From an uncultured Desulfosarcina sp. (GTDB lineage: Bacteria > Desulfobacterota > Desulfobacteria > Desulfobacterales > Desulfosarcinaceae), in contig CAXXWQ010000003.1 in assembly GCA_963674945.2 (NCBI GenBank), forward strand, positions 1,600,001 to 1,664,000: 64,000 bases of DNA. The letters are read 5' to 3'. Shown one piece after another: positions 17,627 through 27,409 of the stretch. The notes under the pieces were generated by a model that saw only the letters and a program-made list of their open reading frames with translations, was not told the DNA's origin and did not search any database. Each line of letters opens with the position of its first letter. Position 1 is the first letter of the stretch. The position numbers and the translations under genes were made by a program.

Positions 17627-19165
17627 TTAGCCGAAAATCTCTTCGTATTTTTGTTCAATCGCTTGAATTTCACGGTCAGTTAGTTTTGCAAATTCCTTTT
17701 TTTGTCCGCGTTTTGAAAGCTTACCGCTATTTTGAGACAAGAAGCGAATGAGCAAGTCAACAAGATTATCAGGCATATCAATGTGGTTTTTAATGAATTC
17801 ATTTAGCAGGTCATATTTTTTTATATATTCCACCTCATCAGGAAGCGTTTTATTTACAGTTTCCTCAACGCATTCAAAGAAAAACTCAGCCTGTTTTGTT
17901 GCATCAAAATATCGATATAGATCGATGGTCTCGTTTAGAACCTCAACATTATTATTCTCTGTTGGTCGCCATTCAATCAGATCGAGGCGCGGTTTTGAGA
18001 AATGCTCAAGTATTTTACGGTATTCATCTATACGTTCCAAAATGACAGCAGATACGGGAAATATTAATCCTTTTGGAACAAAGTCTTTCTCAGCCAGAAC
18101 ATGGTGAAATAAATAACGGTGAATCCGGCCATTTCCATCTTCAAATGGATGGATAAATACAAAACCAAAAGCGATCAGTGTCGCGATTAGGACCGCATCG
18201 AAATCATCCTTGCAAAGAAGCTCATATGTTTCGATTAACCCGGTCATGAGCGCTTTTAAATCATCCGGCCTGGCAGAAATATGATCAGGCATTGGCATGC
18301 CTGAGCTACGATCATGTTCTCCAACAAAACCGCCTTCCATGCGTATCCCTGGCTCAATAAAACGATTGTCTGCGATAACAATTCCTTGCAGATATTCCAG
18401 TTCAGGAATGTTGAGCTTACGCTGCCCGGCTTCGCCAATTATTCTTCCCCATCGTTCGATCCGGCTGTGAGGCGGGGTTTCCCCTTCAATCGTATAAGAT
18501 GCCTTGGAATCCTCAAACAGCAAAAAAGCCGAAGCGCGGCTCAGTAGAACGGGATGGGTCTGGCCAATATTTTTTATGGCTGTTTCGGATAGTTTCTTGC
18601 CTATATATTGCTCAAGCTTTTTTGTTTTTCGGATCAAAGGGCAAAAATCGCGCGTTCCCGGCAAATTGTTGCGAACCCGATGGCGTTTAGACGGATATGA
18701 TTTCCCTTCATATTGTAGTTTGCTGTTAACGAGAGGAACAAAATTTCCTGCCTGCGCATCTTCAATATCAAGGTGTTGCCCACGTAGCCATTCCCACAAA
18801 AACCATAATTTGCGGCTATACATTCCGGTAGGCTCTGAGCGGATGATTTTCTCAATATCTATGGCTTCAATATCTTGAAACAAGGTATTGAGGACCGCCA
18901 GGTCAATGCCCTCATACTTAAGCGCAAAGGTCAAATGCCCATATAACGTGTCTTCAGGCCTGTGGCGCGGTGTAAAGATATGCCAGCGCTCATAATCGTA
19001 TTTTTTATGTTTCGTCCCAATGGCACAGAGATAGTCCGGCATCGGAACTTTCAGATCATGAGCCTGAATTAGCGCGGAATATCCAGCCAAACGGGCTCCC
19101 TCTTCCAACGCCGGGAAGCCATGAAAAACAGTTACATTCTGTGAAAATTGATTATAGATCGCCAT
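17627..19165 (-). CDS. Large Fic family protein, about 512 aa
   Basis: Canonical HPFEDGNGRIHR motif; SKASYTIEGE upstream motif. Confidence 0.9.
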   Translation of the reverse strand: MAIYNQFSQNVTVFHGFPALEEGARLAGYSALIQAHDLKVPMPDYLCAIGTKHKKYDYERWHIFTPRHRPEDTLYGHLTFALKYEGIDLAVLNTLFQDIEAIDIEKIIRSEPTGMYSRKLWFLWEWLRGQHLDIEDAQAGNFVPLVNSKLQYEGKSYPSKRHRVRNNLPGTRDFCPLIRKTKKLEQYIGKKLSETAIKNIGQTHPVLLSRASAFLLFEDSKASYTIEGETPPHSRIERWGRIIGEAGQRKLNIPELEYLQGIVIADNRFIEPGIRMEGGFVGEHDRSSGMPMPDHISARPDDLKALMTGLIETYELLCKDDFDAVLIATLIAFGFVFIHPFEDGNGRIHRYLFHHVLAEKDFVPKGLIFPVSAVILERIDEYRKILEHFSKPRLDLIEWRPTENNNVEVLNETIDLYRYFDATKQAEFFFECVEETVNKTLPDEVEYIKKYDLLNEFIKNHIDMPDNLVDLLIRFLSQNSGKLSKRGQKKEFAKLTDREIQAIEQKYEEIFG

Positions 19166-19502
19166 ATTTGTGAATTCCAATTTTAATTGCGTGGATTATT
19201 ATCACATGAAAAATGATTATTGTCTATGAATACCGATTAAATATTATGTTTTTATATGAAAAATAGTTTTTTGCATGAGGTCTTACCGTTTGCGAAGATT
19301 GTTTTTGTGCCCACCGTTACCAGGGCAGGATTTTTATCTTGGAGCCCTCTGAGACGTGATATAGGATAAAGTTGCGTATCAGGTCGAGGAACCGTTTTTT
19401 TCAAAGATGTTGTTATAGAAGGACATCTTGAACCGTAGGTTCTGAAAATGCCGAAAACGCCGGTGTGGAGAAAAACGAAAATGGAAAAAGGTGTACCAAT
19501 TT

Positions 19503-21958
19503 CAGGAAACTTGATTTCCTAATTGTTGCATATGGCAAGCAAAACATAATGTAAGTGGTTGAAAAACAGAAAGATAGGAGTCTGAATCCAGCAGGCCGGT
19601 AAGGTATTGCAACCGGAAAATGAACATGGCACCTTTAACCTTATTATCTTGGCGGATAAATGAAAGGAAAAGGATGCCATGCCTCAACAGATACTACCAC
19701 TTATTCCTCGGGGTGCAAGACAAATCAACGGGCTTGTCAGTGTATTTCGTGACGATACGACCTGGACCTATTTTCTATCGACCGTTCCGATTTATTCTCA
19801 CAGACAAGGCGATCAACGAATGTTTCGGATGATAACAGCCCAACTGGTTGAATCCGGAGCTTGCCGCCAGATCGATATCCAAAACACATTCGGCGTATCC
19901 AAGAGCAATGTCATCCGATCCGTGAACAAACTCAGGTCCGGCGGCGCCGAGGCATTTTTCGTTCAGCGGCGGGGACGACGCGGCGGCAAGGTTTTCAAAC
20001 CTGAGGTGCTTGAACAAGCCCAACGTTTACTGGATCAAGGGTGCTCGAAAAAAGATGCCGCCCTGGAACTTGGCATTAAATACGATACGTTTCGCAAAGC
20101 TATAGATGATGGTCGGTTAATCGAATCAAGGATTGGTGAACCGTGTCTAACCAAATCAGATCGGGACATGGTCGACATGGCTGCTGCCGATGGTATGGGG
20201 ACGGCTTGCAACCGAGTCGGGGAACGCATATTGGCATCATTGGGCAAAATGGTTGGTGCGCCGGTTCGTTTTGACAGATGCCTGGACGTTCCCAAAGCAG
20301 GCGTTCTTTGTGCGATACCGTCATTGGTGGCAAACGGGTTGTTTACCGGCGCAAAACAGTTCCTCGGCCAAGTCAAAGGCTATTACACGATCTTTCATGT
20401 CTTGTTGCTGCTTTCGTTTATGGCCTTATGCAGGATCAAGACGACAGAAAAAATACGAGGCCATGCTCCGGGAGAATTTGGTAAGTTATTGGGCTTGGAT
20501 CGTGCACCGGAGGTTCGCTGTTTGCGTTACAAGATGGATGCGTTGAGCGCAGACCACGGCGCGGAAAAGTGGGCCGCATACCTCGGTAAATACTGGATGG
20601 AACAGGCGCCCGAATCGGTTGGCGCGCTTTATGTTGACGGGCATGTACGTGTTTATCATGGAAAATTGACCCGACTACCGCGCCGCTACGTGTCCCGGGA
20701 ACGATTGTGCATGAGGGGCATTACCGACTATTGGGTTAACGATGCGATTGGCCGACCTTTTTTTGTCGTCGAAAAGCAGATCGATCCTGGATTATTGGCG
20801 GTTTTAAGAGACGATATCGTTCCCCGGTTGTTGCAAGACGTTCCGAATCAACCCGGTTTGCAGCAACTACAAGAGAACCCATGTTTATGCCGGTTCGTTC
20901 TTGTTTTCGACAGGGAAGGATATAGTCCCGCATTCTTCAAGGAAATGTGGGATCGCCATCGAATCGGCTGCATGACGTATCATAAGCATCCTGGTGAATC
21001 ATGGCCGGAGCATTGGTTCACCGAGCATGAAGTTGCGATGCCAAACAAAGAGGTGGTGAAGATGCGGCTTTGCGAAATGGGTAGTTTGGTGGGATCTGGT
21101 AAGGGTGCAACATGGATGCGACAAGTGCGAAAACTGACCGATTCCGGACACCAGACCAGCGTAATCAGCACCGCTTTCGATTTGCCGCATACTCAATTGG
21201 CAGCACGCATGTTCAGCCGGTGGTGTCAGGAAAACTTTTTCAACTATATGATGCAACATTTTGATATCGATGTGCTTTTAGATTATGGTGTCGTTGAATT
21301 TCCTGATACCGAACGGGTAATCAACCCCGTTTGGCGGCAATTGAATCAATCCCGTAATTCGTTGCAGAACAAGCTACGATATCGTCGTGCCTGTTTTGCC
21401 GAGATGACCATTCACCCTGAAAATGAAGACAAACCGGTAAAGTTTAAGAAGTGGATAGAGAAAAAGGCCGAGCTGTTAGAAGAAATCGAAAAGATGGAGT
21501 ATCAACTCAGCGAGTTGAAAGAAAAACGAAAACAGACAAGTAAACACATCACGTGGGGAGAACTTGAAGCAAAAGATAAATTTTTACGTTTACAACCGGG
21601 CAGAAAACGCCTGATGGACACGGTTCGTATGATTGCATATCGTGCAGAGACGGCAATGGTTGGGTTGCTCACGGGTCCGACGGTAAACTCGTCGGATGCA
21701 CGGAGTCTTCTCCAGACACTGTTCCAGACCGAAGGCGATGTACTGCCCGATATTGAAAATCAGCAATTGAATATACGATTGCACGGCGCTTCGTTCCCAG
21801 CGGCCAATCGGGCTCTTTGCCAACTGTTTGCGCATCTGAACAGTGCGCAGGTAAAATACCCCGGTACCGAGCTGCAAATGATATTCGAACTAAATGGCTG
21901 CAGCACCTCAAATCATGCCGGAGGTGTCACATAGTTTTCCCGGAGATGCAGTGTTCTG
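19503..21958 (+). mobile_element. Insertion sequence with a single 751-aa DDE transposase (IS4-like superfamily, family unassigned)
   Basis: Ends CAGGAAACTTGATTTCC and, reverse-complemented, CAGAACACTGCATCTCC; 5-bp direct repeat AATTT at 19498-19502 and 21959-21963. Confidence 0.8.
19679..21934 (+). CDS. Putative DDE transposase with N-terminal HTH and internal coiled coil
   Basis: LYVDGH, VFDREGYS and SRWCQENFF (R-W-x-x-E) candidate catalytic motifs; fills nearly the whole element. Confidence 0.85.
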   Translation: MPQQILPLIPRGARQINGLVSVFRDDTTWTYFLSTVPIYSHRQGDQRMFRMITAQLVESGACRQIDIQNTFGVSKSNVIRSVNKLRSGGAEAFFVQRRGRRGGKVFKPEVLEQAQRLLDQGCSKKDAALELGIKYDTFRKAIDDGRLIESRIGEPCLTKSDRDMVDMAAADGMGTACNRVGERILASLGKMVGAPVRFDRCLDVPKAGVLCAIPSLVANGLFTGAKQFLGQVKGYYTIFHVLLLLSFMALCRIKTTEKIRGHAPGEFGKLLGLDRAPEVRCLRYKMDALSADHGAEKWAAYLGKYWMEQAPESVGALYVDGHVRVYHGKLTRLPRRYVSRERLCMRGITDYWVNDAIGRPFFVVEKQIDPGLLAVLRDDIVPRLLQDVPNQPGLQQLQENPCLCRFVLVFDREGYSPAFFKEMWDRHRIGCMTYHKHPGESWPEHWFTEHEVAMPNKEVVKMRLCEMGSLVGSGKGATWMRQVRKLTDSGHQTSVISTAFDLPHTQLAARMFSRWCQENFFNYMMQHFDIDVLLDYGVVEFPDTERVINPVWRQLNQSRNSLQNKLRYRRACFAEMTIHPENEDKPVKFKKWIEKKAELLEEIEKMEYQLSELKEKRKQTSKHITWGELEAKDKFLRLQPGRKRLMDTVRMIAYRAETAMVGLLTGPTVNSSDARSLLQTLFQTEGDVLPDIENQQLNIRLHGASFPAANRALCQLFAHLNSAQVKYPGTELQMIFELNGCSTSNHAGGVT

Positions 21959-21988
21959 AATTTTGTCCCACTCGACGAATACAGACGT

Positions 21989-22025
21989 AAAAAAGGGCTT
22001 AGGAAATGTCCTAAGCCCTTTTTTT
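21989..22025. terminator. Bidirectional intrinsic terminator downstream of the tRNA
   Basis: AAAAAAGGGCTTAGG-AAATGT-CCTAAGCCCTTTTTTT perfect stem with A and T tracts. Confidence 0.8.
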
Positions 22026-22029
22026 GGTT

Positions 22030-22106
<77 letters not shown>

Positions 22107-22207
22107 TCAATTGTAAAAAATGAATATAGGGGAAATCCCTCTTTTTGTCAAGATATGAATTAAGAATCCGACCGTTTTCTTCTTTTTCTCGTGAAATGAT
22201 TGAACGG

Positions 22208-22522
22208 CTATTGGCCGGCCCAGGCCATGAGCTTGCCTCGGATGGCCCTGCGCTGGGCCTCATTTCCGGAACATTGCACCAACACCTGCTTGTCCCGCCC
22301 GGTGTGGCCGGATACGATGGAAATCGATGATTTGGCAACGCCCAGCCCCTTGGCCAGAAATGACTGGCAGGCCTTGTTGGCGGCATTGTCCACCGGTGGT
22401 GCCGTAAGCATGACCTTGAGCCTGTCGCCGTACACCCCCACCACCTTGTTTCTCGACGACCGGGGCTGGACACGGATCTTGAAGGTCAGTCCGCCCGGTT
22501 TTTCATTGATTTCAAAAGGCAT
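22208..22522 (-). CDS. DUF167/YggU family protein
   Basis: RVQPRSSR...LKV.LTAPPVDNAAN...G.TGRDK. Confidence 0.88.
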   Translation of the reverse strand: MPFEINEKPGGLTFKIRVQPRSSRNKVVGVYGDRLKVMLTAPPVDNAANKACQSFLAKGLGVAKSSISIVSGHTGRDKQVLVQCSGNEAQRRAIRGKLMAWAGQ

Positions 22523-22967
22523 CGGATTCTGTTTCTTCTGCCGGTCGACTCATTTTTTTAATCAACTCCCGGATGAATCCCGGCGGGCGGACCACCTTTC
22601 CCTGGTCGTTGATAAACGCATGGCGGGTGGTACCGGTGGTGTGAACCACGGTGCCATCCTCATTGGTGATGGTGTAGTCGAACTGAATGCCGGCGCGAAA
22701 TCCGGTATTGACTTTCGTCTCGATGACGAGCAGGTCGTCGTATCGCGCCGGATGGACATACCTGCAGGTGACTTCGGAAACGGGGAGCATGAGCCCCTGG
22801 GCCTCGATCTTCTTGTAGGGCAGTCCCAGGTGGCGGAACAATTCGTTTCTTCCCATCTCGAACCAGCGAAGGTAGTTGGCATGGTAGACGACACCCATGG
22901 TATCCGTGTCGCCGTAGATTACCCGATAGGTCGTCCGGTGGGTCAGAGCAGGTGTATGAGAATCCAT
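22512..22967 (-). CDS. YbgC/FadM family acyl-CoA thioesterase
   Basis: RVIYGDTDTMGVVYHANYLRWFEMGR hot-dog fold motif. Confidence 0.9.
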   Translation of the reverse strand: MDSHTPALTHRTTYRVIYGDTDTMGVVYHANYLRWFEMGRNELFRHLGLPYKKIEAQGLMLPVSEVTCRYVHPARYDDLLVIETKVNTGFRAGIQFDYTITNEDGTVVHTTGTTRHAFINDQGKVVRPPGFIRELIKKMSRPAEETESDAF

Positions 22968-22983
22968 GAAAACCTGTAATTGT

Positions 22984-23589
22984 TTAAGAGGACAGCGCCG
23001 CGCTGAAAATATTTTTGAGTTCGTCATAGGAGGTGGTAACGGGAAACTGGGGAAATTCGTCGATCACGTTCTGGGGAGGAGAGAACAAGATGCCCTGGTC
23101 CGCCTCCTTGAGCATTTCCACGTCGTTGTAGGAATCACCCATGGCGAGGACTTTGTAATTCAGCTCCTTGAATGCCAGGACAGCCTTTTTCTTCGCGTCT
23201 TTCTGTCGCAGGTTGTAGCCGGCGATGGCGCCCTTTTCATCGATGGTGAGATCGTGACAGAGCAGCGTGGGCCATCCCAACTTCTCCATCAATGGACGGG
23301 CAAATTCCACGTAGGTGTCCGACACGACGATCACCTGGGTTCGAAAGCGCAACCAATCCAGAAACTCCCGTGCGCCGGGAAGCGGATCCATGGTGGCAAT
23401 CACGTCGGTGATGTCCGAAAGTTTCAATCCGTTGGCATCCAAAATTGACAGGCGTCGCTTCATCAGCGCATCGTAGTCGGAGATGTCCCGGGTCGTGAGG
23501 CGAAGATCGTCGATCCCGGTACGCTCGGCCACGCTGATCCAGATCTCCGGAACGAAAACCCCTTCAAGGTCTGAACAGACTAGGTGCAT
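22984..23589 (-). CDS. thrH: Phosphoserine phosphatase / homoserine phosphotransferase ThrH
   Basis: DLEGVFVPEIW, LTTRDI.DYD.LM and GDSYND HAD motifs; AAGGAG RBS. Confidence 0.92.
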   Translation of the reverse strand: MHLVCSDLEGVFVPEIWISVAERTGIDDLRLTTRDISDYDALMKRRLSILDANGLKLSDITDVIATMDPLPGAREFLDWLRFRTQVIVVSDTYVEFARPLMEKLGWPTLLCHDLTIDEKGAIAGYNLRQKDAKKKAVLAFKELNYKVLAMGDSYNDVEMLKEADQGILFSPPQNVIDEFPQFPVTTSYDELKNIFSAALSS

Positions 23590-23605
23590 GTCACTCCTTA
23601 AAAAG

Positions 23606-23784
23606 TGAGGCAATTTCAAAATGTCCCCTCGGACTCAATATCGGCGTTGGGGCGAGCTGTCCAATCCTCGAAATACTAGATGTATGTCTGCGGTTGGTCG
23701 CCTCACCCCGCCTTCGGTCTTCGCCTTTCGGCTAGGCCCCGACACGTAATCTTGAGCCCGATTGAACATCTTGAAATCACCGCA
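23606..23784. repeat. Long palindromic intergenic element, family A copy 1
   Basis: Nested inverted arms; shares CAATATCGGCGTTG, ATCCTCGRAATA, CGGT and CGCCTT..ATCTTGA with the element at 52087-52232. Confidence 0.7.
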
Positions 23785-23868
23785 AATGATCTTGAATTTT
23801 TATCAAAACCGTCCGAAATCCGATTTTTTGGGAACTCGTTGATCAAGGCAAATAAGAGATCTTTTTTA

Positions 23869-23920
23869 TAAAAAGCTTTTCCCCATTTTGACCATCGGTG
23901 AAAATGGGGAAAACTTTTTA
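23869..23920. repeat. Hairpin of the TAAAAAGCTTTTCC family; probable terminator for hom
   Basis: TAAAAAGCTTTTCCCCATTTT...AAAATGGGGAAAACTTTTTA; related sequences at 40918 and 63800. Confidence 0.6.
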
Positions 23921-23925
23921 GTTCA

Positions 23926-25242
23926 TCAGTCTTGCGCCCCGTCGTCTTCGATGCGAATCAGCATGGGATCGCCGGCCACCACCTCCAAAGAGGCGATCTC
24001 GGTGAGTGCACGGGCCACAGCCGCCTCCCGGGCATGATGGGTCAGCATGACCACCGGAACGGAACCAGTGGTTTTCCTGCCCTTCTGGTGGACGGATTTC
24101 AGACTGATCTCATGCTTCCCCAGGATGCCGGAAATCGCCGCCAGGACACCGGGGCGGTCCACTGCATCGAAACGAAAATAGTAATTGGTAACGATATCGT
24201 CCATGGGCATGACGGGGATAGGCCGGATCGTGTCCGGCTGAAATCCCATCACCGGTATCCGTCCCGCCTTTCCTGTGGCCAGATTTCTGGCGATATCCGC
24301 CAGATCCGACACCACCGCGCTGGCCGTGGGCATCATTCCCGCGCCGTGGCCGTAGAGCAGGATATCCTCCACCGCATCGGCGGATACACTGATGGCGTTC
24401 AAGGTGCCGTTGACGTTGGAGAGCATGTTGTCGAAAGGAATCATGGTGGGATGCACCCGTGCCTCGACGGCCTTCCCATCGAATTTGGTGATGGCCAGAA
24501 GCTTGATCCGGTAGCCGAACTGGGCGGCAAATGCGATATCCAACGGTGTGATCTTGGAAATGCCCTCGATGTAGACATCATCGAAATTGATCTTCATACC
24601 AAAGGCCAGCGCCGATAAAATCGCAAGTTTATGGGCCGCATCATGCCCCTCCACGTCCAGGGTGGGGTCCGCTTCCGCATATCCCTTTGCCTGGGCCTCG
24701 GCCAGGGCCGTTTCAAAATCCACCCCTTCGTCGGTGATCTTGGAGAGAATATAGTTGCAGGTGCCGTTGAGAATCCCGGTCATGGAATGGATGCGGTTGC
24801 CCACCAGCGATTCCCTCACCGTCTTGATGATGGGCATGCAGCCGCCGACGCTGGCCTCATAGGCCAGGTCCACGTTCTTTTCCGTTGCCGCGGCGATGAT
24901 GGCATTGCCATGCTTTGCCAAAAGCGCCTTGTTGGCGGTCACCACATGCTTTCCCCTGTCGATGGCGTCGAGGATCAACGCCTTGGCAATGCCATCGCCG
25001 CCGATGGTCTCCACGACGATATCCACGCCGGGATCGGCGATGGCCGCTTTCGCATCCGGAATCATCACGCCGGGCTTGAGAGAAAGGCCGCGATCCGTTT
25101 CCATGTCGATGTCCGCCACGTATTTCAGATTCAGTTGCAACCCGACGCGATCGCGAATAATATCTGCATTTTCCAGCAAAAGACGGGCCACACCGGTTCC
25201 CACGGTGCCGCAACCCAAAATTGCAATGTTGACCTGTTTCAT
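23926..25242 (-). CDS. hom: Homoserine dehydrogenase with C-terminal ACT domain
   Basis: GCGTVG, VVTANK, YEASVGG, GILNGTCNYIL, GYAEADP and DRPGVL motifs; start at MKQVNIA. Confidence 0.95.
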   Translation of the reverse strand: MKQVNIAILGCGTVGTGVARLLLENADIIRDRVGLQLNLKYVADIDMETDRGLSLKPGVMIPDAKAAIADPGVDIVVETIGGDGIAKALILDAIDRGKHVVTANKALLAKHGNAIIAAATEKNVDLAYEASVGGCMPIIKTVRESLVGNRIHSMTGILNGTCNYILSKITDEGVDFETALAEAQAKGYAEADPTLDVEGHDAAHKLAILSALAFGMKINFDDVYIEGISKITPLDIAFAAQFGYRIKLLAITKFDGKAVEARVHPTMIPFDNMLSNVNGTLNAISVSADAVEDILLYGHGAGMMPTASAVVSDLADIARNLATGKAGRIPVMGFQPDTIRPIPVMPMDDIVTNYYFRFDAVDRPGVLAAISGILGKHEISLKSVHQKGRKTTGSVPVVMLTHHAREAAVARALTEIASLEVVAGDPMLIRIEDDGAQD

Positions 25243-25406
25243 GTCCGGTTCATTCCTGATATGCGTTGGTGATCGGTCATTCTCCCGATGACAAAATACC
25301 TTATTTCTTATGAGCCCGATAGTAAAGTCAATAATAAATCGGTGCGAATTGACATTGAAGATTCCGATCTCATTATATCGAAATAACCAATTGAAGGTAT
25401 AGGAAC

Positions 25407-27140
25407 ATGACCGTTGATAAACCGGAACTGACATGCGCCACTTTGATATACCGGAACTTTGCCGATTATCAAAATCGCTTTCTGCACATCAGCCGCCGGG
25501 CTGCAAAACGCTTCATGGGCCGAGAGTGGACAAAACTCCAGGCAGACAACACGGAAAGGCTTCACCTATACACAACAGCGGTCGACCAAACGGTGGATGA
25601 AATTCGAAATCTGTTGAAAAATGATACCACCGACATGACCGTCTGGACGGCCGTCAAAAAAGCCTTTGCCGTTATCATCGACACGACGAAGGACCGGGCT
25701 ATTGCAGAAACCTTCTTCAATTCGACCACCCGTCGCATCTTCGGGACAATCGGCGTAAATCCCAGGATCGAATTCATTCATGAAGAGCATCCGTCCGTTC
25801 TGTCACAGCCATCCGGTTCCATTTACAAATCCCATGCAGTACCGGAAAACCCTGAATCCGTTATTCGGCAAATCCTCATGGACGGTGAGGAGATCCAATT
25901 ATCGACCGACGCCGGCGAAAAGGCCCTGCCACGGATCGTCAGTCGGATCAGCGCCCATCTGAAAGCGATGGGGGATGACAATCGCACGGTTCGTATCGAT
26001 ATGATCCGCCCTACGTTCTACCGGGGGCAGGGTGCCTATCGGATCGGGCGAATCGTGGCGGGTGACCGGATTACGCCGTTGGCAGTGGCCCTGCTCCACC
26101 CGGTCCATGGCGTGGCCGTGGATGCCCTTTTGATGGATTCGGATGCGGTAAGCATCCTCTTTTCCTACACCCGATCGGCCTTTCATGTGGACACCAAGGA
26201 CCCTTGCGAACTCGTGGCGTTTCTCCAATCCATCATCCCAGGGAAACCCCAAGCCGAGATCTACTCGTCCATCGGATATTTCAAACACGGCAAGACCATC
26301 CTCTACCGGGACCTTTGCCGCCGCACGGCCGAATGCACCGATGAACGGTTTCGCATATCTCCCGGCAAAAAAGGAATGGTCATGGTGGTCTTCGACATGG
26401 CCGGTTACGAGATGGTGGTCAAGCTGATCCGGGACCGTTTCGAAAATCCCAAGAAGGTTACCCGCACCAAGGTAATGCAGCAGTACGACTTCGTCTTTCA
26501 TCACTATCGCGTGGGCCGGCTCATCGAGGCCAACGGTTTCGAGCGCCTCACTTTCGAACGCTGCTGGTTCTCAGAGGATCTCATCCAGCTGCTTTCCACC
26601 GAGGCCAAAGAGACCGTTCGCGTGGAAAAGGATCGGGTGGTTCTCGAGCATGCCTACCTGGAACGAAAGGTAAGGCCCCTTGACATCTACCTGGAGGAGG
26701 AAAGCCCGGAAAATATGGACGATGCCGTGGTGGATTTCGGAAACGCCATCAAGGACCTTGCCTATGCCAACATCTTCCCCGGCGACATGCTTTTGAAGAA
26801 TTTCGGCGTTACCCGCCATGGCCGTGTGGTCTTTTACGACTATGACGAAATCGTTCCATTGACCGCGTGCCGGTTCAGAAAGATCCCCCAACCTCGGTCC
26901 TTCATGGAGGAGATGGCGGACGAGCCTTGGTACACCATAGGGGAGAACGATGTCTTTCCAGAGCAATTCTCCCGGTTTCTCGGCCTCAGCCCACGGCACA
27001 AGGATCTGTTCTTGCGCCGGCACGCCGATCTTCTGCAACCGGAGTTCTGGATCGACATCCAGAAACAGATCCGCGCGGGACACATTCGGCACGTTCGCCC
27101 GTATCGATCACGGTATCGATTGGATCGGCCGTCACCGTAA
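25407..27140 (+). CDS. aceK: Isocitrate dehydrogenase kinase/phosphatase
   Basis: AETFFNS, KHGKT.LYR, PG.KGMVM.VF and IFPGDMLLKNFGVTRHGRVVFYDYDEI motifs. Confidence 0.93.
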   Translation: MTVDKPELTCATLIYRNFADYQNRFLHISRRAAKRFMGREWTKLQADNTERLHLYTTAVDQTVDEIRNLLKNDTTDMTVWTAVKKAFAVIIDTTKDRAIAETFFNSTTRRIFGTIGVNPRIEFIHEEHPSVLSQPSGSIYKSHAVPENPESVIRQILMDGEEIQLSTDAGEKALPRIVSRISAHLKAMGDDNRTVRIDMIRPTFYRGQGAYRIGRIVAGDRITPLAVALLHPVHGVAVDALLMDSDAVSILFSYTRSAFHVDTKDPCELVAFLQSIIPGKPQAEIYSSIGYFKHGKTILYRDLCRRTAECTDERFRISPGKKGMVMVVFDMAGYEMVVKLIRDRFENPKKVTRTKVMQQYDFVFHHYRVGRLIEANGFERLTFERCWFSEDLIQLLSTEAKETVRVEKDRVVLEHAYLERKVRPLDIYLEEESPENMDDAVVDFGNAIKDLAYANIFPGDMLLKNFGVTRHGRVVFYDYDEIVPLTACRFRKIPQPRSFMEEMADEPWYTIGENDVFPEQFSRFLGLSPRHKDLFLRRHADLLQPEFWIDIQKQIRAGHIRHVRPYRSRYRLDRPSP

Positions 27141-27409
27141 AGGCCTCGACAATCGCCCATTTAGGGTTTATCTTTTAAATTACTGCTGTCGTTCTTCGGC
27201 TTTGCAGAGCGAGCAGAAATTCAGATTCCACTTATCCGTTCGCGTTCATTTCGTTTTACAAGGTCCGCGGCACCCGTTCGAATTGTCCGTTCGTTTCATT
27301 CCTTCACGATGCCATGCGAGATCCAGGTCGCGGCCGAAACCCCATGATCCATGCGTTCACGTTCCAATCCGGCTACCATGCAATGGTAGCGAAAAAAAGG
27401 AGGAATCAG

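Larger units (their letters stand above)
2387..22029. mobile_element. Degraded genomic/defence island at the 3' end of tRNA-fMet (left boundary not seen)
   Basis: RM, Fic, IS and small phage-like genes plus AT-rich patches directly downstream of the tRNA; no intact integrase or second att copy found in the window. Confidence 0.55.
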
